64,000 nt of DNA from Nitrosopumilus sp. (GCA_003702525.1 REGJ01000002.1:7984-71983), one strand, 5' to 3'. Counted from the first letter of the stretch, positions 52,289 to 62,070 are shown. The notes: generated by a model not told the origin, from the letters alone. Numbers and translations are program-made.

Positions 52289-53035
52289 TTAAGCAGCCTT
52301 TTGTTCAGGAGCTTTTTCTTTTGTTTCAGGTTTCTTTTCTTTAGTTTGTTTGTTGACATGAGTTTCAACAAAGTTTACTTTTTCTAAGGTAGGAACAAAT
52401 TTGAAAATGTCTAATTGAATAAAGTGCTTCATAATTTGCAAACCATCTGCACGAAGAATTTCTTCAGGAATGGTAATGCTTACTTCTTTATCTTTCAAGT
52501 CAAATGATATTTTTGAGTCCTCTACAGGTAGTCTATTTTTTAGAATTCCATCAACTTTATCATTTGGAGCATCAAGTGATTTGAGAACATTTACATCAAA
52601 AAGAATTGTTTTTCCTGCATATCTATGATTATAATCAATCTGAACTCTTCCTGAACCAATAAAACGAATTATTCCACGTTTGTTATCAACTTCAATTGTA
52701 TCACCAACAGAAACTTTCTCAGCATCTTCACCTAGTTTTCTAATTGGAATCATTCTGACTTTACCAGAATCTCTTTCACCAAATCCTTTCTCAGGTGTAA
52801 CTTCAACTGTAAGTTTGTCACCTACGGCTGTTTTTGCAAGAGCTTCATCAAGTCCTTTTAGAACTGGATATGAAACTTCACCAATAGAAACTAGTTTTGG
52901 TTGATACTTGACATTTTGCTCATGAATAGAATATTTTTTTGCATCATCTTCTAGAGTTGTGTCAAATACTTCCTCACTATCTTTGACCTTAGCTGTATAA
53001 TCAACTAGGATTAGTGAACCTTTATCGAAAGTCAA
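52289..53035 (-). CDS. FKBP-type peptidyl-prolyl isomerase (long archaeal type)
   Basis: VFDTT, PEKGFG, DYNHRYAGK. Confidence 0.92.
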   Translation of the reverse strand: MTFDKGSLILVDYTAKVKDSEEVFDTTLEDDAKKYSIHEQNVKYQPKLVSIGEVSYPVLKGLDEALAKTAVGDKLTVEVTPEKGFGERDSGKVRMIPIRKLGEDAEKVSVGDTIEVDNKRGIIRFIGSGRVQIDYNHRYAGKTILFDVNVLKSLDAPNDKVDGILKNRLPVEDSKISFDLKDKEVSITIPEEILRADGLQIMKHFIQLDIFKFVPTLEKVNFVETHVNKQTKEKKPETKEKAPEQKAA

Positions 53036-53077
53036 TGTGATCGGTCTCGAATTTCCTTATATTAAGTTAACAGGGTT

Positions 53078-54223
53078 TTAGAGAGACTTTAGTTTTTCTT
53101 CAGCAGTCTTTAGTCCTGCTTGAGCATCTACTTCATATCCCATCATTGCTAGTGTTGATGAAATTGCGGAAATTGTTCTCATTACATGATATGGACTAAC
53201 TTCACCCATACATCCAACTCTGAACACTTTACCTTTGAGATTTCCAAATCCTCCTGCAACAAGAACTTTGAATTTGTTTGCAAGTGTATTTCTAAATGTC
53301 TTGTCTTCAAGACCATCAAGATAGTTTAGTGCAACAATAGAGATTGAACGATCCTCTTCTTTTGCAAATGGAGATAATCCCATAGCACTTAATCCAGAGT
53401 ACAATGCATCTGAACAAACTTTGTGTCTGTTGAATACATTTTGTAACCCTTCTTCAAGTAGGATTGCTAATGCTTCTCTATATGCATAAAGTAAAGGTAA
53501 TGCTGGTGTGAAAGGAGTGTGTTTTTCCTCATCATAATATTTGAAGTATCTTGCTAGATTGAAATACATTGTATTTGGTGGGTTCTCTTGCATGTATTTT
53601 TTAGCTCTGGGACTAACAGAGATTGGAGAAATTCCTGGAGGAGCTGCAATTGCTTTTTGTGCTCCAGTCATACATACATCAATATTCCATTTGTCAACTG
53701 GCAATGGTGCTCCACCTAATAGTGATACAGAGTCAACTACGTAGAATGTATCATTTCTTGATGTTAAATCAGATACTTTATCGAGATAATTTACCATTGT
53801 TCCTGTTGAAGTTTCATTATGAACAACATAGAATGCTTTAACATCTTTGTTATTGTCAAATGCTTCTTTTACTTGATCAAAAGTTGCATTTTGTCCTGGA
53901 GGAGTTTCAAGTTTAACAACGTTTGCTCCTTGACCTTCAATTAATTGAGATAATCTATTACTGAATTCACCATTAACTGGAATGATTACTTTGTCACCTT
54001 TTTTGACTAGGTTTACAACACCTGCTTCAACTGCACCAGTTCCAGATGCAGATAATGCTACAATATCATTTTTAGTTTCAAAGACTTGTTGAGTTTTGTC
54101 AACTACATCTGTGTATAATTCTACGAAATCATCGCTTCTGTGGTTGATGATTGGTGCCAACATTGCTCTCATAACGCGATTAGGTACGTTTGTTGGTCCT
54201 GGAAGCATTGAAAGATATTCCAT
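53078..54223 (-). CDS. Class V PLP aminotransferase (serine/alanine-glyoxylate type)
   Basis: PGPT, HNETSTG, VDSVS, GAQK, PFTP. Confidence 0.92.
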   Translation of the reverse strand: MEYLSMLPGPTNVPNRVMRAMLAPIINHRSDDFVELYTDVVDKTQQVFETKNDIVALSASGTGAVEAGVVNLVKKGDKVIIPVNGEFSNRLSQLIEGQGANVVKLETPPGQNATFDQVKEAFDNNKDVKAFYVVHNETSTGTMVNYLDKVSDLTSRNDTFYVVDSVSLLGGAPLPVDKWNIDVCMTGAQKAIAAPPGISPISVSPRAKKYMQENPPNTMYFNLARYFKYYDEEKHTPFTPALPLLYAYREALAILLEEGLQNVFNRHKVCSDALYSGLSAMGLSPFAKEEDRSISIVALNYLDGLEDKTFRNTLANKFKVLVAGGFGNLKGKVFRVGCMGEVSPYHVMRTISAISSTLAMMGYEVDAQAGLKTAEEKLKSL

Positions 54224-54264
54224 GTGTTATCTACCAGTCAGTACTATACGGGGTTTATTTATAA

Positions 54265-54759
54265 TTAGAGATTTTTTAGACGTTCTTTGGCATTAGTAGA
54301 TATCAAAAATTTTTCTGTACCTTTGGGAACTAGTACATTCCAATTCTGATCGCTAATAATCAAATCCCTAACATTTGTTCCAGATAATTCATCTCTTTTC
54401 AAAAAAGGAATTGGCATTACTTGGACATCTCGTTTTGAATACAGATGATTAGTCAATTCATCATTTGAAAATACAATGTCAAACTCTGGAACTATGGTAT
54501 CTATTTTTTCAATCCATCTAACATGATTATCCAAGTCAGGAATGAAATAGATTGAAATTTTTTCTTTCATTGAATCATCTATTGAGGATAGAATCATTTC
54601 TTTGCGTTCCTCAGCTGAAAAAGGATTATTCTTTTCAGTAGGCTTGTTTGAGCTTCCTAAACCTAACCATAATTTATCAACTTTTGATAAAGCAAATCGT
54701 AATGCTTCAAGATGGCCCAAATGGAAAGGTTGGAATCGTCCTATTAGCAATCCATTCAT
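54265..54759 (-). CDS. nadM: Nicotinamide-nucleotide adenylyltransferase
   Basis: GRFQPFHLGH, NPFS, SGT. Confidence 0.92.
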   Translation of the reverse strand: MNGLLIGRFQPFHLGHLEALRFALSKVDKLWLGLGSSNKPTEKNNPFSAEERKEMILSSIDDSMKEKISIYFIPDLDNHVRWIEKIDTIVPEFDIVFSNDELTNHLYSKRDVQVMPIPFLKRDELSGTNVRDLIISDQNWNVLVPKGTEKFLISTNAKERLKNL

Positions 54760-54821
54760 ACAAAAGAATAGAAAATTTCTTTTTAAAAAACTATCATAAA
54801 GAGTCGTATAAAGAAGAAATC

Positions 54822-55844
54822 ATGGATTTTTTAAAAATTAATGGAGCACACGGTGAAGGAGGAGGACAAATAATCCGTTCTGCAATTACTCTTTCATGTA
54901 TTACAAAACAACCAATTCACATTGAAAATATTAGAAAGAATAGAAAAGTTTCTGGATTAAAACCTCAACATCTTTTAGCAATTAAAGTTCTAAAAAAAAT
55001 TTCAGATTGTAAAGTTATTGGTGATGAAATTGGCTCTACAGAATTAAAATTCATTCCGGGTGAAATTCAAAATTCAAAACTATCTGAAGACGTAGGAACA
55101 GCAGGAAGTATTTCACTAATTTTACAAGTTTTAATTCCAATAGTAGCAATATCACAAAAGAAACTTGAGCTTTCAATCAAAGGTGGAACAGATGTACAAT
55201 GGAGCCCAACAATGTTTTACACACAACATGTTTTGAGAGAAGCATATTCAAGAATGGGAATTAATTTTTCATTTGAATTAAAAAAGAGAGGGTATTATCC
55301 AAAAGGAGATGGAGAAATTAATTTAGAAATTAATCCAGCAAGTGTTAAAGCGATTTCATTATCAAAAAGAAAAACAAATCAGGCAACAATCCTATGTACA
55401 TTTTCAAAAATCACAAATGAAAAAATTGAGAGGGAGATTAAAAGAATTAAAGAAAAATTAGTCAATGAGAATTTTGGTGTTGACGTAGAAATCAAAGAAG
55501 AAGAAGCATTAGACTCTGGTGCTTCTTTACTAGTTTACAGTATTGATGAGAACTCTATTACAGGAAGTGATTCGTTATTTGATAAAAAAACACAGAGTTT
55601 TGACGTAGATATTGATGGATTTTTAGAAGATCTAGCAGTTGATGAGAATTTGGCGGACATGATTGTTGTTCCAGCAAGTGTGGCCAAAGGTAAGACTACA
55701 TTTCAAGTCAAAAAAATCACAAAACATTTGGAAACCAATTTGTTTGTAACATCAAAAATTTCTGGTTGCAAGTATGGCGTAGGTAAATTACCTAATGGTT
55801 TTCAAGTAATTATTGAAGGAACATCATACTCCAGCATCAAGTAA
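54822..55844 (+). CDS. rtcA: RNA 3'-terminal phosphate cyclase
   Basis: GEGGGQIIR, GLKPQH, GGTD, GYYPKG, KHLETN; ATG 54822. Confidence 0.92.
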   Translation: MDFLKINGAHGEGGGQIIRSAITLSCITKQPIHIENIRKNRKVSGLKPQHLLAIKVLKKISDCKVIGDEIGSTELKFIPGEIQNSKLSEDVGTAGSISLILQVLIPIVAISQKKLELSIKGGTDVQWSPTMFYTQHVLREAYSRMGINFSFELKKRGYYPKGDGEINLEINPASVKAISLSKRKTNQATILCTFSKITNEKIEREIKRIKEKLVNENFGVDVEIKEEEALDSGASLLVYSIDENSITGSDSLFDKKTQSFDVDIDGFLEDLAVDENLADMIVVPASVAKGKTTFQVKKITKHLETNLFVTSKISGCKYGVGKLPNGFQVIIEGTSYSSIK

Positions 55845-56321
55845 TGCTGCAAAGAACAGTATTGCTACAGATAGAACTACAGTAATTTCTCCAAGAATAA
55901 TGATTTTTTTTCTTAATTTTTGAATTTGTGGTTCAGGCATTTGATTTGACATTATTTTGTCTTCAACATCTTTTCGAATTACTCTAACATGAACAATATA
56001 CGTAATAATTAATGCAATTACAAGAAGTATCTTGATTATAAGAAAAGTTCCGTAACTTGTTGCAACAAGAAGATCTGGTTTGCTTAGTAAAACATGAGAA
56101 CTATACAATCCTGTTGCCATTAAAACAATTAATGAAGGAACAGCTACTTTGTTAAATCGTCTTCCAACACGAATCATAATTTGCATTCTTTCTTCAACAG
56201 AGTTTGTCATAGTTTTGAGAAGTGGAGAAAATACTATTCCAATGAATAATGAGCCACCTACCCAAATTGCAGCTGCAATAAGATGAATCCATGTGAGAAT
56301 TGCTTGTTCTATTGCTGTCAT
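55824..56321 (-). CDS. Short CopD-family membrane protein
   Basis: WIHLIAAAIWVGG; YGTFLIIKILL; four TM. Confidence 0.8.
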   Translation of the reverse strand: MTAIEQAILTWIHLIAAAIWVGGSLFIGIVFSPLLKTMTNSVEERMQIMIRVGRRFNKVAVPSLIVLMATGLYSSHVLLSKPDLLVATSYGTFLIIKILLVIALIITYIVHVRVIRKDVEDKIMSNQMPEPQIQKLRKKIIILGEITVVLSVAILFFAALLDAGV

Positions 56322-56402
56322 AGTTTATCATATTTTGAATGAAATATTATGTATTTGGATGTTGACAACCTTTTTTAGTTGTACGTAATTTGATAGATTG
56401 AA

Positions 56403-56897
56403 ATGGCACTTCAGAGCAGAATGACAGTTTATGTTGCAATAGCAGGAGTTCTTGGTTTAATGGGAGTAATTGTTTTCTATGCTAGTTTAGATAATGTTCA
56501 TTTAGAACAAGCAGAAATTGAATTGTTTAGTGTTGAATTGATAGATGTAGATAATGAAAATAATCAAGCAAAGTTTGATGTTACATTTCTTGTAAAAAAT
56601 CCAAGTGAAAAAGCATTCACAGTTGGAGTTATTGATTATCAACTATTTACTGATGGTGTTGAATTAGGTTCAGGTCAATATTCTGCAATGGATGTTGCAT
56701 TACCAGGAAGAGCAGTGTTCTCTTCAGGAGATCAAATACCATTGGGCAGCATATTTGTATTAACAAAATCAGAAATTAGTCCAGAAATTTATGAGGACAT
56801 GATAAATGAAAGAATCGATAGTTTTTCTGCTGAAGGACTTCTTACTACTCAGACTTCATGGAGTACTATTGACAAAGAATTCAGTACTGGTTTTTAA
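56403..56897 (+). CDS. Membrane-anchored LEA14/WHy-like protein
   Basis: N-terminal TM; FLVKNPS...IDYQLF...LGSGQ. Confidence 0.7.
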   Translation: MALQSRMTVYVAIAGVLGLMGVIVFYASLDNVHLEQAEIELFSVELIDVDNENNQAKFDVTFLVKNPSEKAFTVGVIDYQLFTDGVELGSGQYSAMDVALPGRAVFSSGDQIPLGSIFVLTKSEISPEIYEDMINERIDSFSAEGLLTTQTSWSTIDKEFSTGF

Positions 56898-56905
56898 TTA
56901 AAAAG

Positions 56906-56979
56906 TGGGCCGAGAGAGATTCGAACTCACGATCACCGCCGTGTCGAGGCGGTATCCTAACCAGCTAGACTACCGGCCC
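56906..56979 (-). tRNA. tRNA-Val(GAC)
   Basis: GGGCCGG acceptor; CCGCC-TC-GAC-AC-GGCGG anticodon arm; GTTCGAATC T-loop. Confidence 0.95.
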
Positions 56980-57061
56980 ATTGAAATACAAAACTAAATT
57001 GTGGCATTATTAACGTTTAACAAAAGAAAGGATGAATAAAAAGAAGAAAGGCGTGAATTAA

Positions 57062-57772
57062 TTGGAAGATAATTTTACTAAAGAAGAAAAAAAGGGATTC
57101 TACAAGGCAATTTATTCAAGAAGGGATGTCAGATCTCATTTTACATCAAGGCCTATTGAAGATGAGGCTCTCTCAAAAATTCTTCATGCAGCGCACCATG
57201 CACCATCTGTAGGATTCTCACAACCATGGAATTTCATTCTGATAAAAGATATTGAAACAAAAAAGAAGATTAAAACGTCATTTGAAGAAGAGAAGAATCG
57301 TTCATCACAATTGGTAGAAGAACCAAAGAGATCAAAGTATCTTTCATTCAAACTAGAGGGAATTTTAGAATCTCCAGTGAATTTATGCGTAACATATGAT
57401 CCATCAAAATTTGGCCCATTTGTGATAGGTAGATCAAGTATTCCTGAAGCAGGATTGTATAGTGTATGCTGCGCAATTCAAAATTTGTGGTTAGCAGCTC
57501 GTACAGAAGGAATTGGTCTTGGTTGGGTAAGTATTCTATCAAATGAAACACTAAAAGAAAATTTAGAATTACCAGAACATGTAGTTCCTGTAGCGTATTT
57601 GTGTTTAGGATACGTAGATGACTTTGCTGAAAAACCAGATCTTGAAACTGCTGGATGGTTACCAAGACTTGATCTAAAAGATGTAGTATATTTTGAAAAA
57701 TGGAATGTTCAACAAAATGAGAGTTGGAAAAGTATTCAAAAAATGATTAAAGAAAATCTTGACTACGCTTAA
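57062..57772 (+). CDS. bluB: 5,6-dimethylbenzimidazole synthase
   Basis: RRDVR, AHHAPSVGFSQPW, LKLEG-like FKLEGI, CAIQNLWLAARTEGIGLGWVS. Confidence 0.93.
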   Translation: MEDNFTKEEKKGFYKAIYSRRDVRSHFTSRPIEDEALSKILHAAHHAPSVGFSQPWNFILIKDIETKKKIKTSFEEEKNRSSQLVEEPKRSKYLSFKLEGILESPVNLCVTYDPSKFGPFVIGRSSIPEAGLYSVCCAIQNLWLAARTEGIGLGWVSILSNETLKENLELPEHVVPVAYLCLGYVDDFAEKPDLETAGWLPRLDLKDVVYFEKWNVQQNESWKSIQKMIKENLDYA

Positions 57773-57796
57773 ATAATTAAGAATGTTTTTTTTGCT

Positions 57797-57889
57797 GGGC
57801 TTGTGGCGCAGAGTCAATTTGACGCGAAACATGGATAGCGTGGTAGCCTCCTAAGTTACAGGTCGAGGGATCGAAGCCCTCCAAGCCCG
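57797..57889 (+). tRNA. tRNA-Arg(CCT) with 18-nt D-loop intron (57812-57829)
   Basis: GGGCTTG/CAAGCCC acceptor; GTAGC-CT-CCT-AA-GTTAC anticodon arm; removing the insert gives a 75-nt cloverleaf. Confidence 0.88.
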
Positions 57890-57939
57890 TTTTGTTTTTT
57901 GTTCTAGAAATTTAAATAGAAAAAAGATTGGCTTTAGTT

Positions 57940-58464
57940 ATGAAAGTCGTAGTAATTTCTGGCAGTCCAAGAAAAAATGCAAACACACAGATCTTAATGA
58001 AATATGTTTACGAATACACAAAAACAAAAGGTCAAGATGTTAAATTCATCAATTTATCTGATGGACAAGTCGAGTGCTACAGAGGACCTGATGAGGAATA
58101 CAATCAGGCAACAAAAGATGCTGCTAAAGACATTATGGAGGCAGATGTATGGCTAATTGGTGCTCCAATTTACAATTCATTTTTCAGTGCTGCACTCAAA
58201 AATTTGTTTGAATATGTCAATTACAAAGAAACTGAAGGTAAGGTTGCAGGTATGACAATTTTGGCTGCGGGAAATATAGGATTTATTGGTGTCCAAACTT
58301 TACTAACTCAATTACTATCATATTTCAGAGTAATTACAAATCCAAAGGCTGTTTTCTTAACTACAGAGTCAATAACTGAAAATAGTGTTTCAGAAGAGGG
58401 TCAAACTAGACTTAAAGAAATGGTTGATGAAACTTTGGAAATTGCTGAAAAATTAGAAGATTAA
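57940..58464 (+). CDS. NADPH-dependent FMN reductase
   Basis: ISGSPRKNANT, PIYN, LKNLFE. Confidence 0.9.
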   Translation: MKVVVISGSPRKNANTQILMKYVYEYTKTKGQDVKFINLSDGQVECYRGPDEEYNQATKDAAKDIMEADVWLIGAPIYNSFFSAALKNLFEYVNYKETEGKVAGMTILAAGNIGFIGVQTLLTQLLSYFRVITNPKAVFLTTESITENSVSEEGQTRLKEMVDETLEIAEKLED

Positions 58465-58710
58465 TCTAAATATTATTTTAAAAAATACATTACTAAAATT
58501 CAACATAGTTTTTTCAAAAAAATTCTGAACTATTCTAAGATATTCAGAATTATTAATTTCAAATTAAAAAAATAGATTTGGAAGTACTGTGTAATTTAAT
58601 ATCTGTGAATTGTTCAATGATTAATTTTAGAGATGGTTGAAGCTCCATCGTTACTAAAATACCATCTAAATAAGATTGTAAAAGTCAAATACTAACTAAA
58701 TGTAGTAAAA

Positions 58711-58836
58711 ATGCAATTGGCTGACAAAAAAGATCCTACAGAACTATGTTCATGTAAATGCCATTATGGGGGAGCAGAAAGTTGTCCAGGTTGTAAGAGT
58801 AATCACGGAATTGTTTGTTCTCATTGTAAGGATTAG
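58711..58836 (+). CDS. 41-aa Cys/His-rich metallothionein-like microprotein
   Basis: Hand translation MQLADKKDPTELCSCKCHYGGAESCPGCKSNHGIVCSHCKD (7 Cys, 3 His); TTG at 58717 is an alternative start. Confidence 0.75.
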   Translation: MQLADKKDPTELCSCKCHYGGAESCPGCKSNHGIVCSHCKD

Positions 58837-58844
58837 GTTTCAGG

Positions 58845-59306
58845 TTATTTCTTTTTAGATGCTAACATTTTCAAATTAGCTAATTCAGTCTTTAATGATT
58901 CAATCTGTACAAGAGTTTGTAGATTAGAAATTTCTTGATTTAATCTTTCAATTTCACTATCTTTTAGTTTTACAGTCTCTTTTAGATTGTTTAATTCAGA
59001 AGATAATTCAGTTTGAATTTGTTTAATTTCTGAAAGACTTACTTGTGTACCAGTTGTTGTGGTTTGAACTGTTTGGGTGCTACTCAAGCTTTTTTTTTCG
59101 CTGTGAGGGGCATGTGCATGCATGTAGTCTGTACTTTTTTGAGATATCCAGCAAGTAAATACAAGGAACCAAGTAATTGGGACTGCCATGATGAATACAA
59201 AGTTCAGTAGTGGGGCAAAGTCAACAAAGTATGGCCAAAGTCCAGTTAATACTGCTGCAAAAACACCAGTTGAAATTGTGGCCAAATGGTTTCCCAAATA
59301 TCCCAT
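58845..59306 (-). CDS. Two-TM protein with C-terminal coiled coil
   Basis: Two hydrophobic helices, HAHAPH linker, heptad tail. Confidence 0.75.
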   Translation of the reverse strand: MGYLGNHLATISTGVFAAVLTGLWPYFVDFAPLLNFVFIMAVPITWFLVFTCWISQKSTDYMHAHAPHSEKKSLSSTQTVQTTTTGTQVSLSEIKQIQTELSSELNNLKETVKLKDSEIERLNQEISNLQTLVQIESLKTELANLKMLASKKK

Positions 59307-59390
59307 AAATGATTTGAAAAATTCATTGTTTATAATAGTAATGGTGAAATTCAGAGAATAATAATAATTAAAAAGAAAAAAGAGCCGAAT

Positions 59391-59621
59391 TTACTCGTCT
59401 TCTTCAGAAGCAGTAGTTGCTTTTGGCATATCAGACTGTAGAATTTGGATTTTTTGTAATAATTCAGTTCTTAGATCCCTTGCAACTCTTCTAACAGTAG
59501 GTCTTGGAACGCCAAGCTCATCAACTACTTTGGTATAGATGTCTTGTTTGTCAGTTACCCCTTTGTCAAGATATGAATTAATTGCTTCTTTAATGATCGT
59601 ACTCTGGTTTGTGCGATTCAA
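59391..59621 (-). CDS. Small probable HTH DNA-binding protein
   Basis: VVDELGVPRPTVRRVARDL helix-turn-helix-like segment. Confidence 0.7.
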   Translation of the reverse strand: MNRTNQSTIIKEAINSYLDKGVTDKQDIYTKVVDELGVPRPTVRRVARDLRTELLQKIQILQSDMPKATTASEEDE

Positions 59622-59858
59622 CGAATTCTAAATTCTAACTGTTCTATATAAGACTATAACTTTTGAAATTTCAAAATTTTAATTTATAAGAAATTCATAC
59701 TTTTCATTACAAAAAAATTCTAAGTCTTCAAAAATTTTATGTATCAACGAAAAACGTACTGAGGGTTGTAGATTTTTCAAAATAGATATGCAATCTATAA
59801 GAATTCTCAAAAGGTTTTTCGCAAAAGACTCTTATGATAATAGTTCAGAGTGTTTCTT

Positions 59859-60338
59859 ATGACTACAGCAAATATTGAAACAAACTTTGGAAAAATCTCA
59901 TTTAAACTTCTACCAGATTTAGCTCCTGAAACAGTAAGAAACTTTGAAAAATTAGCTAAAGATGGATTCTATGATGGAACTCTATTTCATAGAGTAATTC
60001 CAGGATTTATGATTCAAGGTGGAGACCCAAATACGAAAACAGATAACAAAGGTTCATGGGGTATGGGCGGTCCAGGTTATAATGTAAAAGCAGAATTCAG
60101 TTCTAGATCTCATTTACGTGGAATTGTTTCAATGGCCAGAGCCCAAGATCCAGATAGTGCAGGCTCACAATTCTTCATAGTTACAACTGACAGCACATTC
60201 CTAGACAGGCAATATACTGTATTTGGAGAGGTTACTGAAGGCATGGATGTAGCAGACAAGATAGTAAATCTAGAAAGAGATGGCAATGATTGTCCTTTAG
60301 AAAAAGTAGAAATGACTCATGTTACAGTGAGTGAATAA
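59859..60338 (+). CDS. Cyclophilin-type peptidyl-prolyl isomerase
   Basis: FHRVIPGFMIQGGDP, SAGSQFFI. Confidence 0.96.
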   Translation: MTTANIETNFGKISFKLLPDLAPETVRNFEKLAKDGFYDGTLFHRVIPGFMIQGGDPNTKTDNKGSWGMGGPGYNVKAEFSSRSHLRGIVSMARAQDPDSAGSQFFIVTTDSTFLDRQYTVFGEVTEGMDVADKIVNLERDGNDCPLEKVEMTHVTVSE

Positions 60339-61225
60339 TGAAGAAAATTTTCATAGGTTTTTTTGCTTTCAGTTTACTATTTTTTTCACCAGAAGTTTTT
60401 GGACAAGAATCATTTCAAGAAGTAAAACAAAAATCAGTAACAATAACAGTCGACAATGAAGGAAATGTAAAAGTTGTTCATGAACTCAGAAATTCTGAAG
60501 ATGCTAGTCAATTAACTTTTGTAGATGGAACTGTATCTAACGTGAAATTTATGAAGTTTGGTATAGAAGAATCAGTTCCAGAAGCTGAAGGTAAAGAAAG
60601 TATTGTACTCTTACCTAACCAAGGAAATCTTTTTGTAACTTATGATCTTAAAGATGTACTTTTTGAAAAAAATGGTGTTTGGACATGGGATTTTTTTTAT
60701 CCTGAATCAACTGCTTTCATTTTCCCTGAAGAAGTTGATCTGTTATTTGCAAATGAACGTCCTATTTTCCTAGATGATAAAAAAGGAATTGCATGTCACG
60801 GATGTCAAATGCTTTTAGAGTATTCAATAAATGAATCAAGAATTTATCAAAATGTAAAATGGGAAGAAAAAGAATTCACAGTAGAAGTTAGAAATCAAAA
60901 TGGTGTTGACAAATTTGTTTTTGATCAACCATCAAAAAGTATTACATTTGACACAATTGGAGAAAATAGATTTGTTACAACCATAATTCCTTTAGAATTA
61001 CTATGGGAACCTTATACAGTATTTCTTAACGATGAAGAAATTCCATCTCGTCAACATATCAATAATGGGACACATGTTTGGCTTATTATCAATCCAGATA
61101 CATCAGGACAAGTCAACATTTTTGGAACAACTGTTGTGCCTGAATTTTCGATGATGATACCACTAATCATAGGATTTTTTGTAATTCTTACTTTACCATT
61201 TATGAAGAAATTTAATCTCCGCTAG
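60338..61225 (+). CDS. Surface protein with PEFG-CTERM-like (VVPEFS) anchor
   Basis: Signal peptide; GTTVVPEFS + TM + basic tail; CHGC motif. Confidence 0.82.
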   Translation: MKKIFIGFFAFSLLFFSPEVFGQESFQEVKQKSVTITVDNEGNVKVVHELRNSEDASQLTFVDGTVSNVKFMKFGIEESVPEAEGKESIVLLPNQGNLFVTYDLKDVLFEKNGVWTWDFFYPESTAFIFPEEVDLLFANERPIFLDDKKGIACHGCQMLLEYSINESRIYQNVKWEEKEFTVEVRNQNGVDKFVFDQPSKSITFDTIGENRFVTTIIPLELLWEPYTVFLNDEEIPSRQHINNGTHVWLIINPDTSGQVNIFGTTVVPEFSMMIPLIIGFFVILTLPFMKKFNLR

Positions 61226-61367
61226 AGCCACACGAACAAAATCCATACTCATCTATTCTAACATCACAAACAGGGCATTTTTCACCATAGTCTACTTCCC
61301 ATGGTTCTTTTCCAAATAATCTAAAATGATCATCAATCTCAATTGGAATTTCTCGTTTCTTTTCCAA
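61212..61367 (-). CDS. 51-aa zinc-ribbon-like microprotein
   Basis: Hand translation MEKKREIPIEIDDHFRLFGKEPWEVDYGEKCPVCDVRIDEYGFCSCGSSGD from TTG. Confidence 0.8.
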   Translation of the reverse strand: MEKKREIPIEIDDHFRLFGKEPWEVDYGEKCPVCDVRIDEYGFCSCGSSGD

Positions 61368-61415
61368 TAATTTGTATAGGTCCTGCAACTATACATACAT
61401 TATCGGAGAAAAATA

Positions 61416-61604
61416 ATGAAAATTGAATGTGGATGCCATTGTATTAAATGCAAGAGTACGAATCTTGAGTCCAATAGAATTGGAGAGATAGAAAAAGACG
61501 GGTATTTTGACATGCATCACACATGCAATGAATGTAATACACATTTTGATCATTTAGACGGAGAGATTTTTACTAATTGTGAAAGATGTAATTTCTCTAA
61601 TTAG
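61416..61604 (+). CDS. 62-aa Cys/His-rich metal-binding protein
   Basis: CGCHCIKC...HHTCNEC..H..H...CERC. Confidence 0.8.
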   Translation: MKIECGCHCIKCKSTNLESNRIGEIEKDGYFDMHHTCNECNTHFDHLDGEIFTNCERCNFSN

Positions 61605-62070
61605 CCACTAGAGCTTCTTTAACAAAGTAATGAGTTCTATTCTCACTAGAATTTTTCAACATTTCTTTATTTGATGCCATTTTTGCCAATACCTTTGATA
61701 CATCAAGTGGACTTGCAGACCAACCATATTCACGTAATTGTTCAACAGTTTCTGTAACTGTTCTAGGTGAATCAAAGAATCTACTAGTTTCCAAAATACG
61801 TAGTTTTGATTTTACTTCATTTGGAGCAATATATGTTGGTTCATTAAATTCTGGTTCAAATATTTCTGCATCTTCAAGGGATTCCAATCCAGATTGAGCA
61901 GGAATTTCTGTCGTTATAGGTTCAGTTTCATAAACAACTTTAGCATGACTTTCAGGTAAATGACTTGACATATTTTCAATAATTTCGCCTAATGTTTGAT
62001 TATCAACATAAAAATCTCTAGAATCTACCTCAATTTCATTCTCGCCTAGTTTGAGCTTTATTCTAGCCAT
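61597..62070 (-). CDS. Hypothetical protein with probable C-terminal winged helix
   Basis: RIKLKLGENEIEV N-terminus; FFDSPRTVTE...LAKM. Confidence 0.7.
   Translation of the reverse strand: MARIKLKLGENEIEVDSRDFYVDNQTLGEIIENMSSHLPESHAKVVYETEPITTEIPAQSGLESLEDAEIFEPEFNEPTYIAPNEVKSKLRILETSRFFDSPRTVTETVEQLREYGWSASPLDVSKVLAKMASNKEMLKNSSENRTHYFVKEALVAN

Noticed and set aside
54648-54821. N-terminal extension of rtcA
   Set aside because: Overlaps divergent nadM; family homology begins at ATG 54822
56906-59850. Integrated element at tRNA-Val or tRNA-Arg
   Set aside because: No integrase and no duplicated tRNA 3' end seen; flanking genes look like core genes
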